A stretch of DNA of 64,000 nt from Octopus bimaculoides (GCF_001194135.2 NC_069003.1:32087181-32151180); one strand, 5' to 3'; shown: positions 1 through 13,179, counted from the first letter of the stretch. The notes: generated by a model not told the origin, from the letters alone. Numbers and translations are program-made.

Positions 1-469
1 AATACCGATTGCTTAAAATAATTTTCCACTTTGAATTTGTGGTCACAAACCGAAAGATTACCTAAATAAAAATACATAAAATAAATTCGCTGATAGACAT
101 TTCTGATTTGTATATAATTAGTTTTTTATTCTTTATTTTATATTATTTCCTAAAACAGTTACAATTATTTATTGTATATCATTAGACAGTGAAACATTTA
201 ATACCTGGATGAATGGAGAAATTTCAACTCTATACGCTCTAGTTTTTTTTTTTTTTATATATTTCATGAACAAGTTAATCTTATTATTCATTTTTGTAAC
301 CTCTTAAAACATGTTTGTGTAGCAAAAATTAAGGAGTGTCAATGTAAGGTTGAGTCTCCCAGCCGCGTTAGGTTCTAAACTTGTCCACCAGGTCGATACT
401 GTATAGTGTAGTAACAACCCTCCAAGAGGTGTTCGTAAACTGGTAGCTGTGCATTTAAACCGTAAATTT

Positions 470-595
470 CTTTCAGCTATAGGTACAAGGCCCTAAACTT
501 TGGAGGGTGGGGCATCTAGTCGATGTCATCAACCCTAGTGCTCAACTGGTACTTATTTTGACTCTGAAAGTATGAAAGGTTAAGTCGACATTCTT
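470..595 (-). mobile_element. SINE family B body and tail without its own head
   Basis: Reverse complement reads gtcgacttaacctttcatactttcagagtcaaaataagtaccagttgagcactagggttgatg...ggccttgtacct, matching family B copies at 15.2-15.8 kb and 47 kb. Confidence 0.7.
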
Positions 596-712
596 CGTGG
601 AGCTTCAGGTGTTTTCGCTCAATAAACACTCACAACGCCCGGTCTGGGAATCGAAACCGCGCGATCCTATGACCACGAGTCCGCTGCCCTAACCACTGGG
701 CCATTGCGCCTC
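596..712 (-). mobile_element. tRNA-derived head of SINE family F, 3'-truncated
   Basis: Reverse complement ggcgcaatggcccagtggttaggg...ggtttcgattcc has A-box and B-box; nearly identical to the head of the full copy at 50592. Confidence 0.85.
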
Positions 713-769
713 CTATCCAAGTCTTTAAACTTGTTTTAAACGTCTCTACTTTGTCATAATAGAGGTTTT

Positions 770-1270
770 ACGTATTTTTCAATCAAAACAGAAACTGGAA
801 ACAGATCGTGACATGGAGATCTTACATAGAAAAAGGACTCTAAAAACGGAAGGCTTTAAAATACATTTCGAAAACCCGGAGAAAATATGTGTTATTGACT
901 GGGGTTAAACAGTGTCCTCTTTTAGTTTTTAGCTTAAAAGAAATTAATAAAAATATCAGAGATTGTTGCGAAAAATTAACGGAAGACTTTAAAGTACGTT
1001 TCAAAGACATGGAGAAAGTGCTTGTAATTGACTGGGTTGTAACATCGAATTAATTTGAAAACAGAGAATGCAGACATTGAATTTCACAGGATGAATTTCA
1101 TTGAAAAGTGTGTTATCTCGAAGCTAAATCATTATTTAGACGTAAATCTGTCAGTGACTATTTCCGTTCTTTTAAATAATGATATCAAAATGCGCCCCTG
1201 AAGCTCAGTACCACGGTTCCGCTATTTTTACTTACATTTCCCGACTTGGTACATGGCTGAAGCTGAAAAT
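770..1270 (+). pseudogene. Degenerate hAT (Charlie/Buster-like) transposase C-terminal fragment
   Basis: Frame-shifted peptides EKLTEDFKVRFKDMEKVLVIDWVVTS (970-1047), LEAKSLFRRKSVSDY (1117-1161) and FLLTF/PTWYMAEAE follow the order of the hAT C-terminal dimerisation region as I recall it. Confidence 0.6.
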
Positions 1271-1374
1271 CTCCCACTCCAACGAACATCAATGCCTTTG
1301 AAAGTACACATCAAACATAATCCCTCTCATTATGAGTTTAATATTGCTTGTATTATTTGTAGTTTTTGTTTTCT

Positions 1375-1778
1375 TTTTTACTCTTTACTCTTTTACTTGT
1401 TTCAGTCATTTGACTGCGGCCATGCTGGATCACCACCTTTGTAGTCGAGAAATTCGACCCCAGGACTTATTCTTTGTAAGCCTAGTACTTATTCTATCGG
1501 TCTCTTTTTGCCGAACGGCTAGATTTCGGGGACGTAAACACACCAGCATCGGTTGTCAAGCAATGCTAGGGGGACAAACACACACACACATATATATATA
1601 TATATACATATATACGACGGGCTTCTTTCAGTTTCCGTCTACCAAATCCACTCACAAGGCTTTGGTTGGCCCGAGGCTATAGTAGAAGATACTTTGCCCA
1701 AAGTGCCACGCATTGGGACTGACCCCGGAACCATGTGGTTGGTAAGCAAGCTACTTACCACACAGCTACTCCTGCGCC
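1375..1778 (-). mobile_element. Full-length CORE-type tRNA SINE (family A; octopus OR2-like)
   Basis: tRNA-like head ggcgcaggagtagctgtgtggtaagtagc, CORE-like ggcactttgggcaaagt...ggaaactgaaag, internal (TA)/(TG) tract, tail tgactgaaacaagtaaaagag; many copies in window. Confidence 0.88.
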
Positions 1779-2184
1779 TTGCAGTTTTATTATTTTTAGA
1801 ATTATTATCAATATTTTATTTTTGATTGTACATCCTTGGGTTTGATGAGGGATCAAGCATTCCATGAAGAGATCGATGTCCAAAAGAAAGAAAAAAAAGA
1901 GGCTAAAATGTATTTTAATAGAAAGCAGAAAACCATTTTCCTCTGATTTTGAATTAAACCTAATGTAATTAAACATTATTTAATCCTAGATCAACCTTGA
2001 TTATGAAGTGACCATTTCTTTTGTTCTTTCTTTGATACATGGAATTATATCGAGAACTATATAATCTAATATCCCTTATTTTCTTTAAGAGGGTGATCTG
2101 TAATCTGAGTGTTTTGGCTGCTGTTTCTCACAGATTTAGTGGCTGCATAGAAGCACAAGGTTCCCCCAATTTTGTTGCCTCATA

Positions 2185-3600
2185 ATTTTCAGAAAAATGG
2201 ATATTTTTCAATGAAATTTTCTACAAATATCTTTCAGATAATATAGATTACAATTATGTAGGAGTTTACGTAATATCGATTTTTGTGGCACACCTATAGA
2301 AGTGTCTCCTCTCAGGAGTTTTACCCGTAACTTTCTTACAAATATATATTTGGTAATTTTTCAGATTAACATCCGCACGATCTTCACTAGGGTTTAGGGT
2401 TAGGATTACGGTTTTAAGGTTTGGGTTAGAGAATTCCGTCCCTAACCCTAACCCTAAAACCCTAACCTTGACCCTAAAACTCTAACCCTAATACCCTAGT
2501 GAAGATCATGCTAGTGTTAATCTGAAAAATTACCATATATTTTTTAATGAAATTTTCCTGAGACATTTTAGATGGTTTTGTATTAAAAGTAAAATAGAAA
2601 ATTTTTTCCGGAAAAAAATCATTCTCCCCAGTCTGTCTATTGAACTTTGGTAAATGCTTATTATTATTAATGAAATTTTCCATTTTTTTCTCAGATTTTA
2701 TCCGAGTAATTGTACTGTACATCCTGGAAAATGTATCTCGGGAAAATGTATTTAAAAACTATGCATTTTAAAGAAAGATATGAGGAAACAAAGTCGAAGA
2801 GGAAACACTTCTGTACACGAGTGTGTCCATCGACTTTGTTTCCCAAGAAAAAAAAAATCCCTCCAAATTTTATCAGGATGTTCGTAATCTACACCCTCGA
2901 AAACGTATCTCTGGAAAATTTTATTAAAAAATAGACATTTTCAATAAAGTTATAATGAAACCAAGTCGGTTGGTGGGGCACAGGCTTTTGTAGTTACGCC
3001 AGTTTCCTTTGGGAGCCTTAAGCTATCGCGCACTTTTCAATTACAAGTTATTAAATAGAATATTTAAGGTATACCCACAGAAGTGTGCCTCTCTCCCGAT
3101 CCTGTTTCTTCACAACTTTCAGAAAAATGGATATTTTTATTGAAATTTTGTACAAATACAAGAAAAGAAAAGAAAAAAAAAACTTTTAGCTGGTGTCGAT
3201 TCCGATTATATCAGAATTCAAAATTATGTGACGAATGTCAGTGTGTATGTGTATGCGCCCAACACATCTGTTTATTTTATTTTTTTTCGAAATAAATTCC
3301 CGTAAAGTCGTAATGTACACCATTTGAAAGGTATTTGTAGAAACTTTCATTTAAAAAGTACCCATTTTCCTGAAAGTTATAAGGAAACAAAAGCGGGATG
3401 TGTGAATTATCCGAAATTCCTCTCCACCCACTCTGAAAAAAATTTTTTTTTTTCACAACAGATTCCGATATAATCTGAATCTATACCATTTGAAAAGTGT
3501 TTGTGCAAAATTTCATCGAAAAATATCAATTTTTCTGAAAGTTACGAGAAAACAAAGTAGGTGGGTAGGGGCACGTTTGTGTAGGTATTTGTCCAAAAAT
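2185..3600. repeat. Cluster of about 6-7 related ~60-100 bp modules in both orientations (fold-back/MITE-like, unclassified)
   Basis: Motif tttgt(a/g)caaaatttcat..aaaaatat.cattttctgaaagtta.gaggaaacaa recurs near 2730, 2910, 3330 and 3500 (+) and 2186 and 3110 (-). Confidence 0.65.
2351..2535. repeat. Inverted repeat with TTAGGG/CCCTAA-like centre
   Basis: Arms 2351-2392 and 2494-2535 match at 38 of 42 nt as reverse complements; inner sequence is TTAGGG-like then CCCTAA-like. Confidence 0.85.
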
Positions 3601-6600
3601 CGCTATTTTTGAAAAACGATGGCATTTTAGATGCATCCCAAATTTCAGTAGCACATATTCAGGAAAAAGATTTTTTAGTGCATTAAAGCATGTAATATTT
3701 AAAGCATCTTCTCGTACAGAACCAAGTGTTTCTTTTTGTTTTCTTTTCTTAACCTTTTTTTGGGGGGGATAAGATGTGCGTCTTATATATCATCAAATAT
3801 CTTTTACTTGTTTCAATCATTTGACTGCGGCCATGCTGGGGCACACCGCATTGAAGGGATTCACACGAACAGATCGACCCCCCACCCCGGTCTTATTTTT
3901 GTTAAAAGCCTTTAGGTGTTTTTTGTCGAACCGCTGTGGTGGTTTCTGAATTGTGTTTTTAACACAGGAGATAATGATTTTGCTTCATGAAAAGCAGATT
4001 TTTAGAAAAGAAATTTTTTTGTTACAATGTGGTATGTGTGTACATACGTGTGCATTTATTTGGAAACTCCACTGAGCAGACCATTGATAAAACATAGCTT
4101 TTCAGTTAGTATACTATTTCATGTTTTTCTTCTGCAATTTTTAAAATGAACGATAATATACTTAATACTACAATATTTAATACTACAATAGCCAATGTAT
4201 TTTACTAATTGTTGTTTGGCCAAAGGTCAGCTTTGATCGTTCCAGTCATGAGCATTTTTTTAATTTTTTTATTTTACAAGTATAGTTTGTGTTCATATGG
4301 AAAGAGTACTACTAACATATAAACATAGAATACTATGACTTTAAACTGCGTCTGGTAGTGGGAGTTCTAGGGTTTTGAGGAGTTTGGAACCATCTCTTAG
4401 CCACTCTTGCTCTCAGGTCTACTCTGACCCGGAGTAGTAGCACCTATCAGGGTCCCAGCTATGGATTAAATTTCAACCAGGGTACATTGAAATCATGGGA
4501 TGCAACATGGTGGATGTGAACTATTTCAACAGATGAACTTACTGAGGCAATGGTGACCATCGCTAGATGCTGAGCAGATCAACAGACAAAACTGTCAATA
4601 GTCAAGATCAACCAGTTTAGTTAGTGAATTACTTCTCTCGTCTGTTTTTGTGGTGTGTGCAGTTGAGGTATTTCAGTGAGCAAAAGACCAATATGACTAA
4701 AATTTAGGCTAGACATTCACATCTCATCACTCAATTGGGAATTCTGATGTGGGAGAGTTACTTTGGTCTGAGCAGTCACCCTGCCTGGATGAACAGACTA
4801 TTAACAAATATTTGACTTAGAGTACAATTATTCATGTAAATATTCAAGAAAGAGTATTATTAAGATATTTTAGAATGGGTAGTACTAGCATATTTATGGA
4901 AGTCAACTAAATGAAAATCCATTTGGACATACAAGTAGCTCATCAATTTCATTTGAAACTGAAATTCCACAAGAGAATTTTGCAAGATATACTCTTGTGA
5001 TTGTATGATAATATTTGTAATGCAGCATTCCCAAACTCAAACTTTTGGAACCGAGGATAATTAATGAGACAAAATGAATTTATTGAACTCTACAATACTG
5101 CTCATAATTTACAATATACAGGCTTCCCAATCATGTGGTTTTTGGTTCAGTCTCATTGCATGACACTCTGGACAAGGGTCTTTTACATAGCCCTGGGCCA
5201 ACCAAAGCTTTGGGAGTGGATTTTGTAGATGAAAACTGAAAGAAGCTTGTGTGTGTGTGTGTGTGTGTTATATATCTCAAATTAAATACAGAACCAAAAG
5301 AGCTACTAATAATTTCGTGCTTTTTTGATACTTGAACAGGCATATTTATAAAATACATCATGTATCTTAAAGCAATCTTTCAGGTTCTGTTTGTGTTATA
5401 TATATGTGTGTGTGTGTGGATATATATGCACACAAACACATGTGTTTGTACCCTACCACCTTTTGATAACCTGTGTTGGCTTGTTTACATCCTTGTAACT
5501 AGTGTTGTGGCAAAAGTGATTGATAGAATAAGTATCAGGCTTAAAATTAAAAAAAAAAAAAAAACAACTACTGGGATCAATTTGTTAGACTAAGCCTTCC
5601 AATGACTGAAACAAGTAAAAGATATTATTAATAACATTATATTTTATCAGAAGCTGAGTTATGAAATTATAATTTGTTGGTCACTCAAGAACAGTCACTC
5701 TGACCAGCTCTCACAAATTTTCCATCAATCAAATTTCACTCATAAAGCTTTGGTAAAAAAAACACTTGCCCAATATGCTGTGCTGTGGACTTGAACCTGA
5801 AATCATAAAGTGGTGAAGTGAATTTCTTAAACCACACAGCCATGCGTGCATCCTTTTTGAAGAATAGGAGATGCTTTTTTTTTGGTAGAAACTAGTTGAA
5901 ATGGTAAGATGCAAGCAGGGAAATAAAAGAAGAAAAAAATCCAGGAAACTTTGGGGATTTGTCAGTGCATCAAGTTCTTTTCAACAGGGAAAGATGCATG
6001 TTATTGTAAGTTTGTAATGTTAGAAGAAGTATAATGATAAAAAGAGAAAAAGAGGGAGATGGGTGAGTACATTAATTAGATGGTGTGTTTGAGAGATTTA
6101 TATTGTTTACTATGTTTTGGTGATGACGAGGATAATGAGTGGGTGGGAATTATTTGATTGTGTTTATTTATTCAGTTAGAAGAGGATTTCTGTTGTGTCG
6201 TCATGTAGAAAGTAATTATTACCTGTTTGATTTCTATAAGCTTTTATGCAAAAATAATCCAAGAAGATTTGAGATCCTACAAGTATAGAAATAATATAGA
6301 AATAATAAAGTTTAAAGCTTGGTATTGGATTCATTAAAATCAGGGGGTGGGGGAAGAAACACAAAACAATAATAAAACAAAGAAACAAATTATAAAGAAA
6401 TGAATCTCTCCCCCAAATTGATAGAAAACAATATCTGTAATTATGTAAAATATGCATAACTATTTCAGTAACCCTTGAGAATTTAGTCTTCTACAGTGAG
6501 GCAGTGTGCTGTGTTGCCACCGACTCAGAAGAATACCATTCTTTTTCTTTGACTGACAATTCCATTGTAACATGACACAGCTAACTATTGATTTTTAAGG

Positions 6601-6858
6601 TAATCAATCTGCCATTCATTGAATGCATTTAGTTTTCAGCCTTTAGACATTTGTGTTTGTTGCAAAAACTCTTATTCTTCTTGTAAATTGAAGGGAATTT
6701 TCAGGGGGTTTTGTTCGATTTGGAAATTTATTTTTTGGGGAAAAAAAATTTGGATTATGAAAGATTTGCCAATTTTCTTTAATTCTTTGTTTTTCCTTTT
6801 CCTTTTTTTTTCATTAATATATCTAAACAGTGTGTGTATTGCCCTAAGTCTACCTCCC

Positions 6859-6893
<35 letters not shown>

Positions 6894-7349
6894 TATGTTA
6901 ATTTATGGATTGCATACTCTTGTTATCCTGCATAAATTAACGTAGATAAGACTGCATACTTCTAACAAACTTGTGCTGAGCAATTTTATATTTTTGTGCA
7001 GCAACTTAAACATACATTAATAATTTGTGTGTATGTAGTAATGAAAAAAGTTGAAGCATTGTTGAAGAAATATTGTTTTGTGAGTGTTTGTTGTGTAGTA
7101 TTTATCTCTTTATGCAACATTTCTCTTGAAATATACTGCTTATGTCTTTCAATTAATTTTGGAAATAATCAAGACCTTGGAAGAATTTAGTAGAATAATT
7201 TTCATATTAAAACTGTTGCTTGGAACATAATTTAAGAGAAATGCTCTTACGTAAGGTGTTTATAGGATTTATTTTAAATATGAAACTTTAAAATCCTATA
7301 CATTTTGCATCAGACTATTTGCTATGATTACGATTAACATGACAAATGT

Positions 7350-7568
7350 TTAACCTATTTTGTCAGCAGACTTCTGTTGAAATACACTCTGTTTCAATTA
7401 ATTTTGAAAATGATGAAGAATTTAATATATTAGCTTCATCATTATTAATCTGGTGTTTGGAACATAAGCCTTCCATCATAATACCATGTTAATTTAGATC
7501 ACTTTAGAAAAGGTAGTTTGTATCCTGGAACCAGAGGCGATGTCAGGCACGTTAGTATCAAGAGTTAA
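7350..7568. mobile_element. piggyBac-type MITE, family 2
   Basis: TTAA at both ends (ttaacctatttt...tatcaagagttaa); internal ttggaacataa and ttaatttagatcacttta shared with 43708-43927. Confidence 0.6.
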
Positions 7569-8755
7569 AATAACACTTTTATTAGTCTTTCGTATTATAT
7601 TATACTCTTGATGAAATAACTTTGTCCTAAAATACATGCTTCCCAGAATGTTGCAATGTTGTGGTAGGAGTATAGAATCATAGGATAAATACCGAGATCT
7701 TGGTTGTTTAGCCCTGATCAAGATTTACGATCAAAGGAATTCTGGCCATGGCCACTGTATCTAAGGCTATACAATGCCCTTTGTTTTTTAAGACAGTATG
7801 GTAGGGTATATTTGGAAGGAGTTTTGGTCGCTATTTTTAGCAAGTTGAGCAACCACATGGAGACTCCCTTAGTTTATCTCTCAGATAAAACAGTGTTAAC
7901 ACTTATTTGTATTGGTCTTGTACCTATGTTAGTAATGATTATTAGTTCAAAACACATTTAGAATATATTTTTACTTCAAAGAAATTAATATATATGAAAT
8001 TAATCAATAAAATATATTATTGAAATATTATGGAATGATTATGAATGGTAAAATATACCTCCTTCCACCACACTGAATAGAAGTTAGATTCCATATAACA
8101 ATGACAGAGGTATAGGTATGCAGAGAAAATGCGAGTGGTTATTAAATAATGAATGGAGACATAGGTGAATGTACTTACATAAGAGTCTAATCACAGGAGC
8201 TACACAGAACAAATAGGATTGCAATGAACTGCTTCTGATGTAAAACCTGCCATCTTCTTTTCTCTTTAATACTAATTTTAGATACTGTTGCCGGGGAAAA
8301 AAAATTAGAGACAAAATAGTAAGAAAAGAGTTAGAGGTAACTGGGAAAAGAGGGAGCAACGAAGCTTTTTTAGAATCTAGGTTTAGGTATGTATATTCTA
8401 AAATACCCTGCTTTGGTTAAAGGTAGGCAACATTAATAAAAGAGAAGATTAACTGGTTTTTGTTACTGTTGTTCTTCTCCCTCTTCTGCTTAGTCAATTC
8501 TGCTCAACTAACTTCATATCAAAGGTATTCTATTCCAGCCTTGGTCACTTTGTCTTTTTGTATACCTAGAACTACATTGTTCATTGTGTCCTATCTTTTA
8601 TTTCTACGATGTGTAAAGAAGAATGCTTGACCTACAAGAAATAGCAACCAAATCTCCTTCAAATCACAACTGATCATCTTAAATGAAAGCTGCATTGGAT
8701 AATGTAGTTCTGTATATGCTGTGTTGGAAAACGAGATTGGAATTGTGATGACAGC

Positions 8756-8967
8756 TTAACCCTTCAGTAATTGGATTATTCTGTCAAATGTAATGCCGAT
8801 TTGTTCTCGTTGTTTTGGATTAACCATGCATTATCTGGTAGCTTTGAGATTTCAATGATGTGATTGTTTCTTTTTAGAATGACACTGTAGAATAGGTGTG
8901 GAAGGCCAGATTTGACTGGTTTGAATATTTGGACCAGGTACGACTGGTTTAAATGTTGAAGGGTTAA
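8756..8967. mobile_element. piggyBac-type MITE, family 1 (~215 bp)
   Basis: TTAA-CCCTTCA...TGAAGGG-TTAA terminal inverted repeat; same body at 21411, 26007, 43325, 46422 and 59740. Confidence 0.8.
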
Positions 8968-9499
8968 TCTGAGCAGACTTGGGCTCAGCAAGTTATTCCT
9001 TCCCAAAACATTGACCCTCAAGAATACCTTCTTTGCTCATGTGTTTCCTTATAGGTGTTCACTTATAGAACAATATCAATGGCATCAATCTCACTGCTCT
9101 AAGACAACCTGCAAAGGTCACAAGTTCTCTTCCTTCCTCCAGATCCAACAAGTAAAAAAAAAAAAAAAAAGAAATCAAAAAGCCAAAATGCATTTCTTTG
9201 GTGGGCTATGGTTGCTCATAACATTAAGTTTGTATTTTGTTTCTCCAGATTTCCCTTAAGTTATAAGTATTGCCCAGATGAGTTTGAACACATTTTATTT
9301 GCCTTGGAGGTCGTTGTGAGTAAAAGATCTGGTCAGGCAGTCTTTTGGATGATGTTCATGAAACTGTTCCATTTGGTATAGATTTTATCTGATGAGATAT
9401 TCATAGTAGACAATCCTGTTCATCTTAGTAACTCACTGTTGTGAAGCAGGTCTCCAAGAGATTTTTATGATTGAGAGCAAGTGTCTCGGTTTATATATA

Positions 9500-9502
9500 T
9501 AC

Positions 9503-9549
<47 letters not shown>

Positions 9550-9574
9550 TATGTATGTATNNNNNNNNNNNNNN

Positions 9575-9616
<42 letters not shown>
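9500..9616. repeat. (CA)n/(TA)n compound microsatellite with 15-N gap at 9561-9575
   Basis: Direct reading. Confidence 0.95.
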
Positions 9617-11421
9617 TGTGAGAGATGGTTTGAGGGTTTAGAAAGATTTTTATTTTTGTGAGATGATGATATAGTTAGAGCTTTGCTTTTTTTTTTTGTT
9701 TTTTATACTGATAAGGAAATACTGGATAGCAAGTGCTTGGGAAAATTACTTTGGTATTGTCATATTGCCTGTAGATGTGTTCATATTTAATTACATTATT
9801 AAAGAAATTGCAGACTGGTGTGATATGAATGGAAGGACAACAGATTGGATGGGAATGTTTGTCTGTAGCACAGTTGATGATACTGTGTGTAGAACTGAAT
9901 TTTTGGTGATTTGGTAGAAGATATGTTGATCAAGGGAAGGACATTGAAGAATTGCTATCTTGACATACACTGCAGTTTCATGAATGGGTGGCCTTCATAC
10001 TTACTTACTGACATACCATTTCCTCACTCTATCTTTTCTACTTCTAACTTCTATAATAGCCCCCTTCTCTTCAGCATTGGCTGGTCTTATTCTATTGTCA
10101 ACCAGCCTCACATGACTCACATAATACCTTTCCACCCCTTTACCAACCACTATGTTCTTAGATTGCTGGTTGTTTCATATTCTTTCTTTGTCCATGGTTT
10201 TCCTGTAGCTATCAACTTTCAGTTATTGAAAAAAAATACAAAGAACAAAAAGCATCAACTATGTCAACGTCACTGATCTTGGGCCTGAGAAGGCAATGGG
10301 TATTGCTCTACCTTGCAGAACAAAATTGAAAAAAAAAAAAAGAAAAAAACACACTCAAAATATACATTAAAAATTATACAGTCCTACTTTGTGCCTAGGC
10401 ACAGGTGTAGCTATGGGGTTAAGTTTGTTTTACAACTGCATGGTATCAGTTTCAGAACACTTACGTAGTACCTGGCACAAGTGTCATTGGATCTGGTATG
10501 ATGGAAACTAAAAGAAACCTCCGTGTGTGTGTGTATATATATGTATCTTATGTGGCAAGCTTCTTAGCACACAGCCATGCCTACACCTTTGTAAAAATTA
10601 AGTTAAAAACCCTTTTGGATAGAAAAAGTTGAAGGTTTTATTTGCTTCAAGTTCAATTATTGATATCAAATAATTTCATATTCTCTCAAAGTTTCTAAAG
10701 ACTTATAAAGTATTTTATATTTGTTTATATTTGCTACATTAGTGTTATTTCAGTGTTAGATCAAGTACCTATTGAACCAACAACTAGAAGCCTAGTTAGT
10801 TCACTTCAAAAAGCACTGTCTGTATTAATCTTATGAAATATTATAAAGGTGTATGTGTTTGCTTGTTATCAGAACAGATTATTGTTGATTGGTTGTCAGC
10901 AATGCTCTTCGAAATAACCAGCTGTATGTTGATGTGTACTAGTTATTCCGATAAAAACACATACAAGAGAATTTTATTCACAGCTAATAGCAAATTACAT
11001 GTTATTTAAATCACGTTATTTTGCTTTTCAACTGAAAATGAAAATTACATAATGATAAGGATAAAAATTAAAAAGAGATAAAAAATAAGAAATGTAAATT
11101 TTTTTTTTTTTTCTTTCTGCTGTTTTTCAATTACAATTGTTTCAAATATTTTCATCCTGTTGTCTGCCATGTTGTGATATCTAAGTGACATTAGGTCTAC
11201 TGACAAGATTTGAAAATCCAGTCGACAAATCATTATAATCACTCTGCTTAGAATACAGCTAAAGGATTATTATGGCTCACAGGTAAAATGTCAGGTAAAA
11301 TATTCATGGCATCTGTCCATAGCTATGGTTGGTTAGTCTACAGAGACTGAACTAAACTAAAGGAGCAACACAACAAAACAAAACAACCAGTTAAACGTTA
11401 CAGTGTGCTCAATAAGTGCAC

Positions 11422-11785
11422 AAACGTGGCTGTGTGGTTAAGAAGTTTGTTTCCCAACCATGTGGACTTGGGTTCAGTCTCACTGTGTAGCACTTTTAAC
11501 AAGTGTCTTCTGCTGTAGCCCCAACCAAAGCAGTCTTGTGTGTGGATTTGATAGGTAAAACCTGAAAGAGAGCCATCATATATATCTAGATGCGTCTTTC
11601 TGTTGTTTGTAATCCACTACTGCTTGACAACTGGTGTTGCTTTGTTTGCATCCTGTAACTTAGTAGGTCGGCGAAAAAGGCTGCTAGAATAAGTACTGAG
11701 GTTCAGTTGTTTGATCACGCTCTTCAAGGTGGTACCCTAGCATGGCCACAGTTCGGTGGTTGAAACAAGTGAAAGATAAGATACA
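11422..11785 (+). mobile_element. Diverged family A CORE-type SINE
   Basis: Head gtggctgtgtggttaagaagtttg through tail ggttgaaacaagtgaaagataag. Confidence 0.75.
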
Positions 11786-12247
11786 TTTGAGTAGGTTATT
11801 GTTCTGTTAAGATTATACAGGATGCTTGTGGTTGAAACTCATTTCATCAAATATGTGGCTGTTTGGTAACAAGTTCACTTAGCCATCATATAGTTCTAAA
11901 ATTGACTCATATTATAGATCATCGTACAAACCTACCTTCTACTATGCAGTCAGTCCACATTACTCCATAAGGAGGTTAGGGCCAGTTTCGCAGTTTCTCT
12001 GGTGTATATATTCGTCCCTGGACAGGATGCCAACTGGGTAGACTGGAGCAATGTGAAATGAAGGGTTTTGTTCAAGAACATGGTGCATTGCTCAATTCAG
12101 GAATTGAAACCGCAATCTTACAATCATGAGTTCAGCAACCTAACCACTAAACCATGCACCTCCACACCTATTATATAGTTGACCAATACTCTGTGAATGG
12201 AATTTGATAGACTGAAATTGGTTAACAACCAAGGTCAGTTGAGCCTC

Positions 12248-12812
12248 TTAACCTTTTAGCATTTCAATCAGCCATATGCATCTCAAATGTTCTGTTTTAT
12301 GTTCAGACCAGTCAAGTCTAGCTTTTCACACCTACCCTACAATGTCATTCTAAAAAAGTGTCTGTGTGGTAAGTAGCTTGCTTACCAACCACATGGTTCC
12401 GGGTTCAGTCCCACTGCATGGCACCTTGGGCAAGTGTCTTCTACTATAGCCTCGGGCCGACCAAAGCCTTGTGAGTGGATTTGGTAGACGGAAACTGAAA
12501 GAAGCCCGTCGTATATATGTATATGTATGTGTGTCTGTGTTTGTTCCCCCATCATCGCTTTACTACCGATGCTGGTGTGTTTATGTCCCCGTAACTTAGC
12601 GGTTCGGCAAAAACAGTCGGATACAATAAGTACTAGGCTTACAAAGAATAGGTGCTCCAGCATGGCCACAGTCAAATGACTGAAACAAGTAAAAGAAAGA
12701 AATTACCTTCTTCAAAATCTTGAAGCTATCAGGTCATGCATGATTGATTTAAAACAATGTGAATAAATAAGCATTACATTTGGCAGAGTAAATCTGAATG
12801 CTAAAGGGTTAA
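12248..12812. mobile_element. piggyBac-type MITE family 1 split by a family A SINE (12357-12698, +)
   Basis: MITE halves ttaaccttttagcatt...cattctaaaaaa and aaatcttgaagct...gctaaagggttaa flank a near-complete SINE. Confidence 0.82.
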
Positions 12813-13120
12813 TGCACATGTTATCTCTCTCTAAACCCCCTTCACATATCCCATGTCCTCACCACAACTGTCACCCACTTCCCAATTGTATTCATTAACT
12901 TCCTTTCCTAACCCATTCTCACCCCTTCCTGTTTACTGCCACAGCTTAAAGATTCCAGAATTGCTGGCTTGCTACCCTGCCATTTGCACTACCAGCTGCT
13001 CAGACCACACCACTCCATTTCACTCCAAGCAATTGAACTAGATATGAACAGGATTACTGTTGATTCATGCCAATTTTAGGACAATGAAGATTCTTTCATC
13101 TTTTGATGATGACATTTTCC

Positions 13121-13122
<2 letters not shown>

Positions 13123-13172
<50 letters not shown>
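13123..13172. repeat. (CA)n microsatellite
   Basis: Direct reading. Confidence 0.95.

Positions 13173-13179
<7 letters not shown>

Noticed and set aside
1332-1825. Recurring ORFs such as ...YDGLLSVSVYQIHSQGFG.PEAIVEDT.PRCHAVG.NPEPCGW (also 12382, 26871, 56494, 59173, 62997)
   Set aside because: Conceptual translations of family A SINE copies, not a gene family
2390-2495. True telomere or chromosome end
   Set aside because: The repeats are short, degenerate and internal
9230-9990. Possible Penelope or LINE coding relic on the minus strand
   Set aside because: Only a faint VVLPFI-like motif; too decayed to classify by eye
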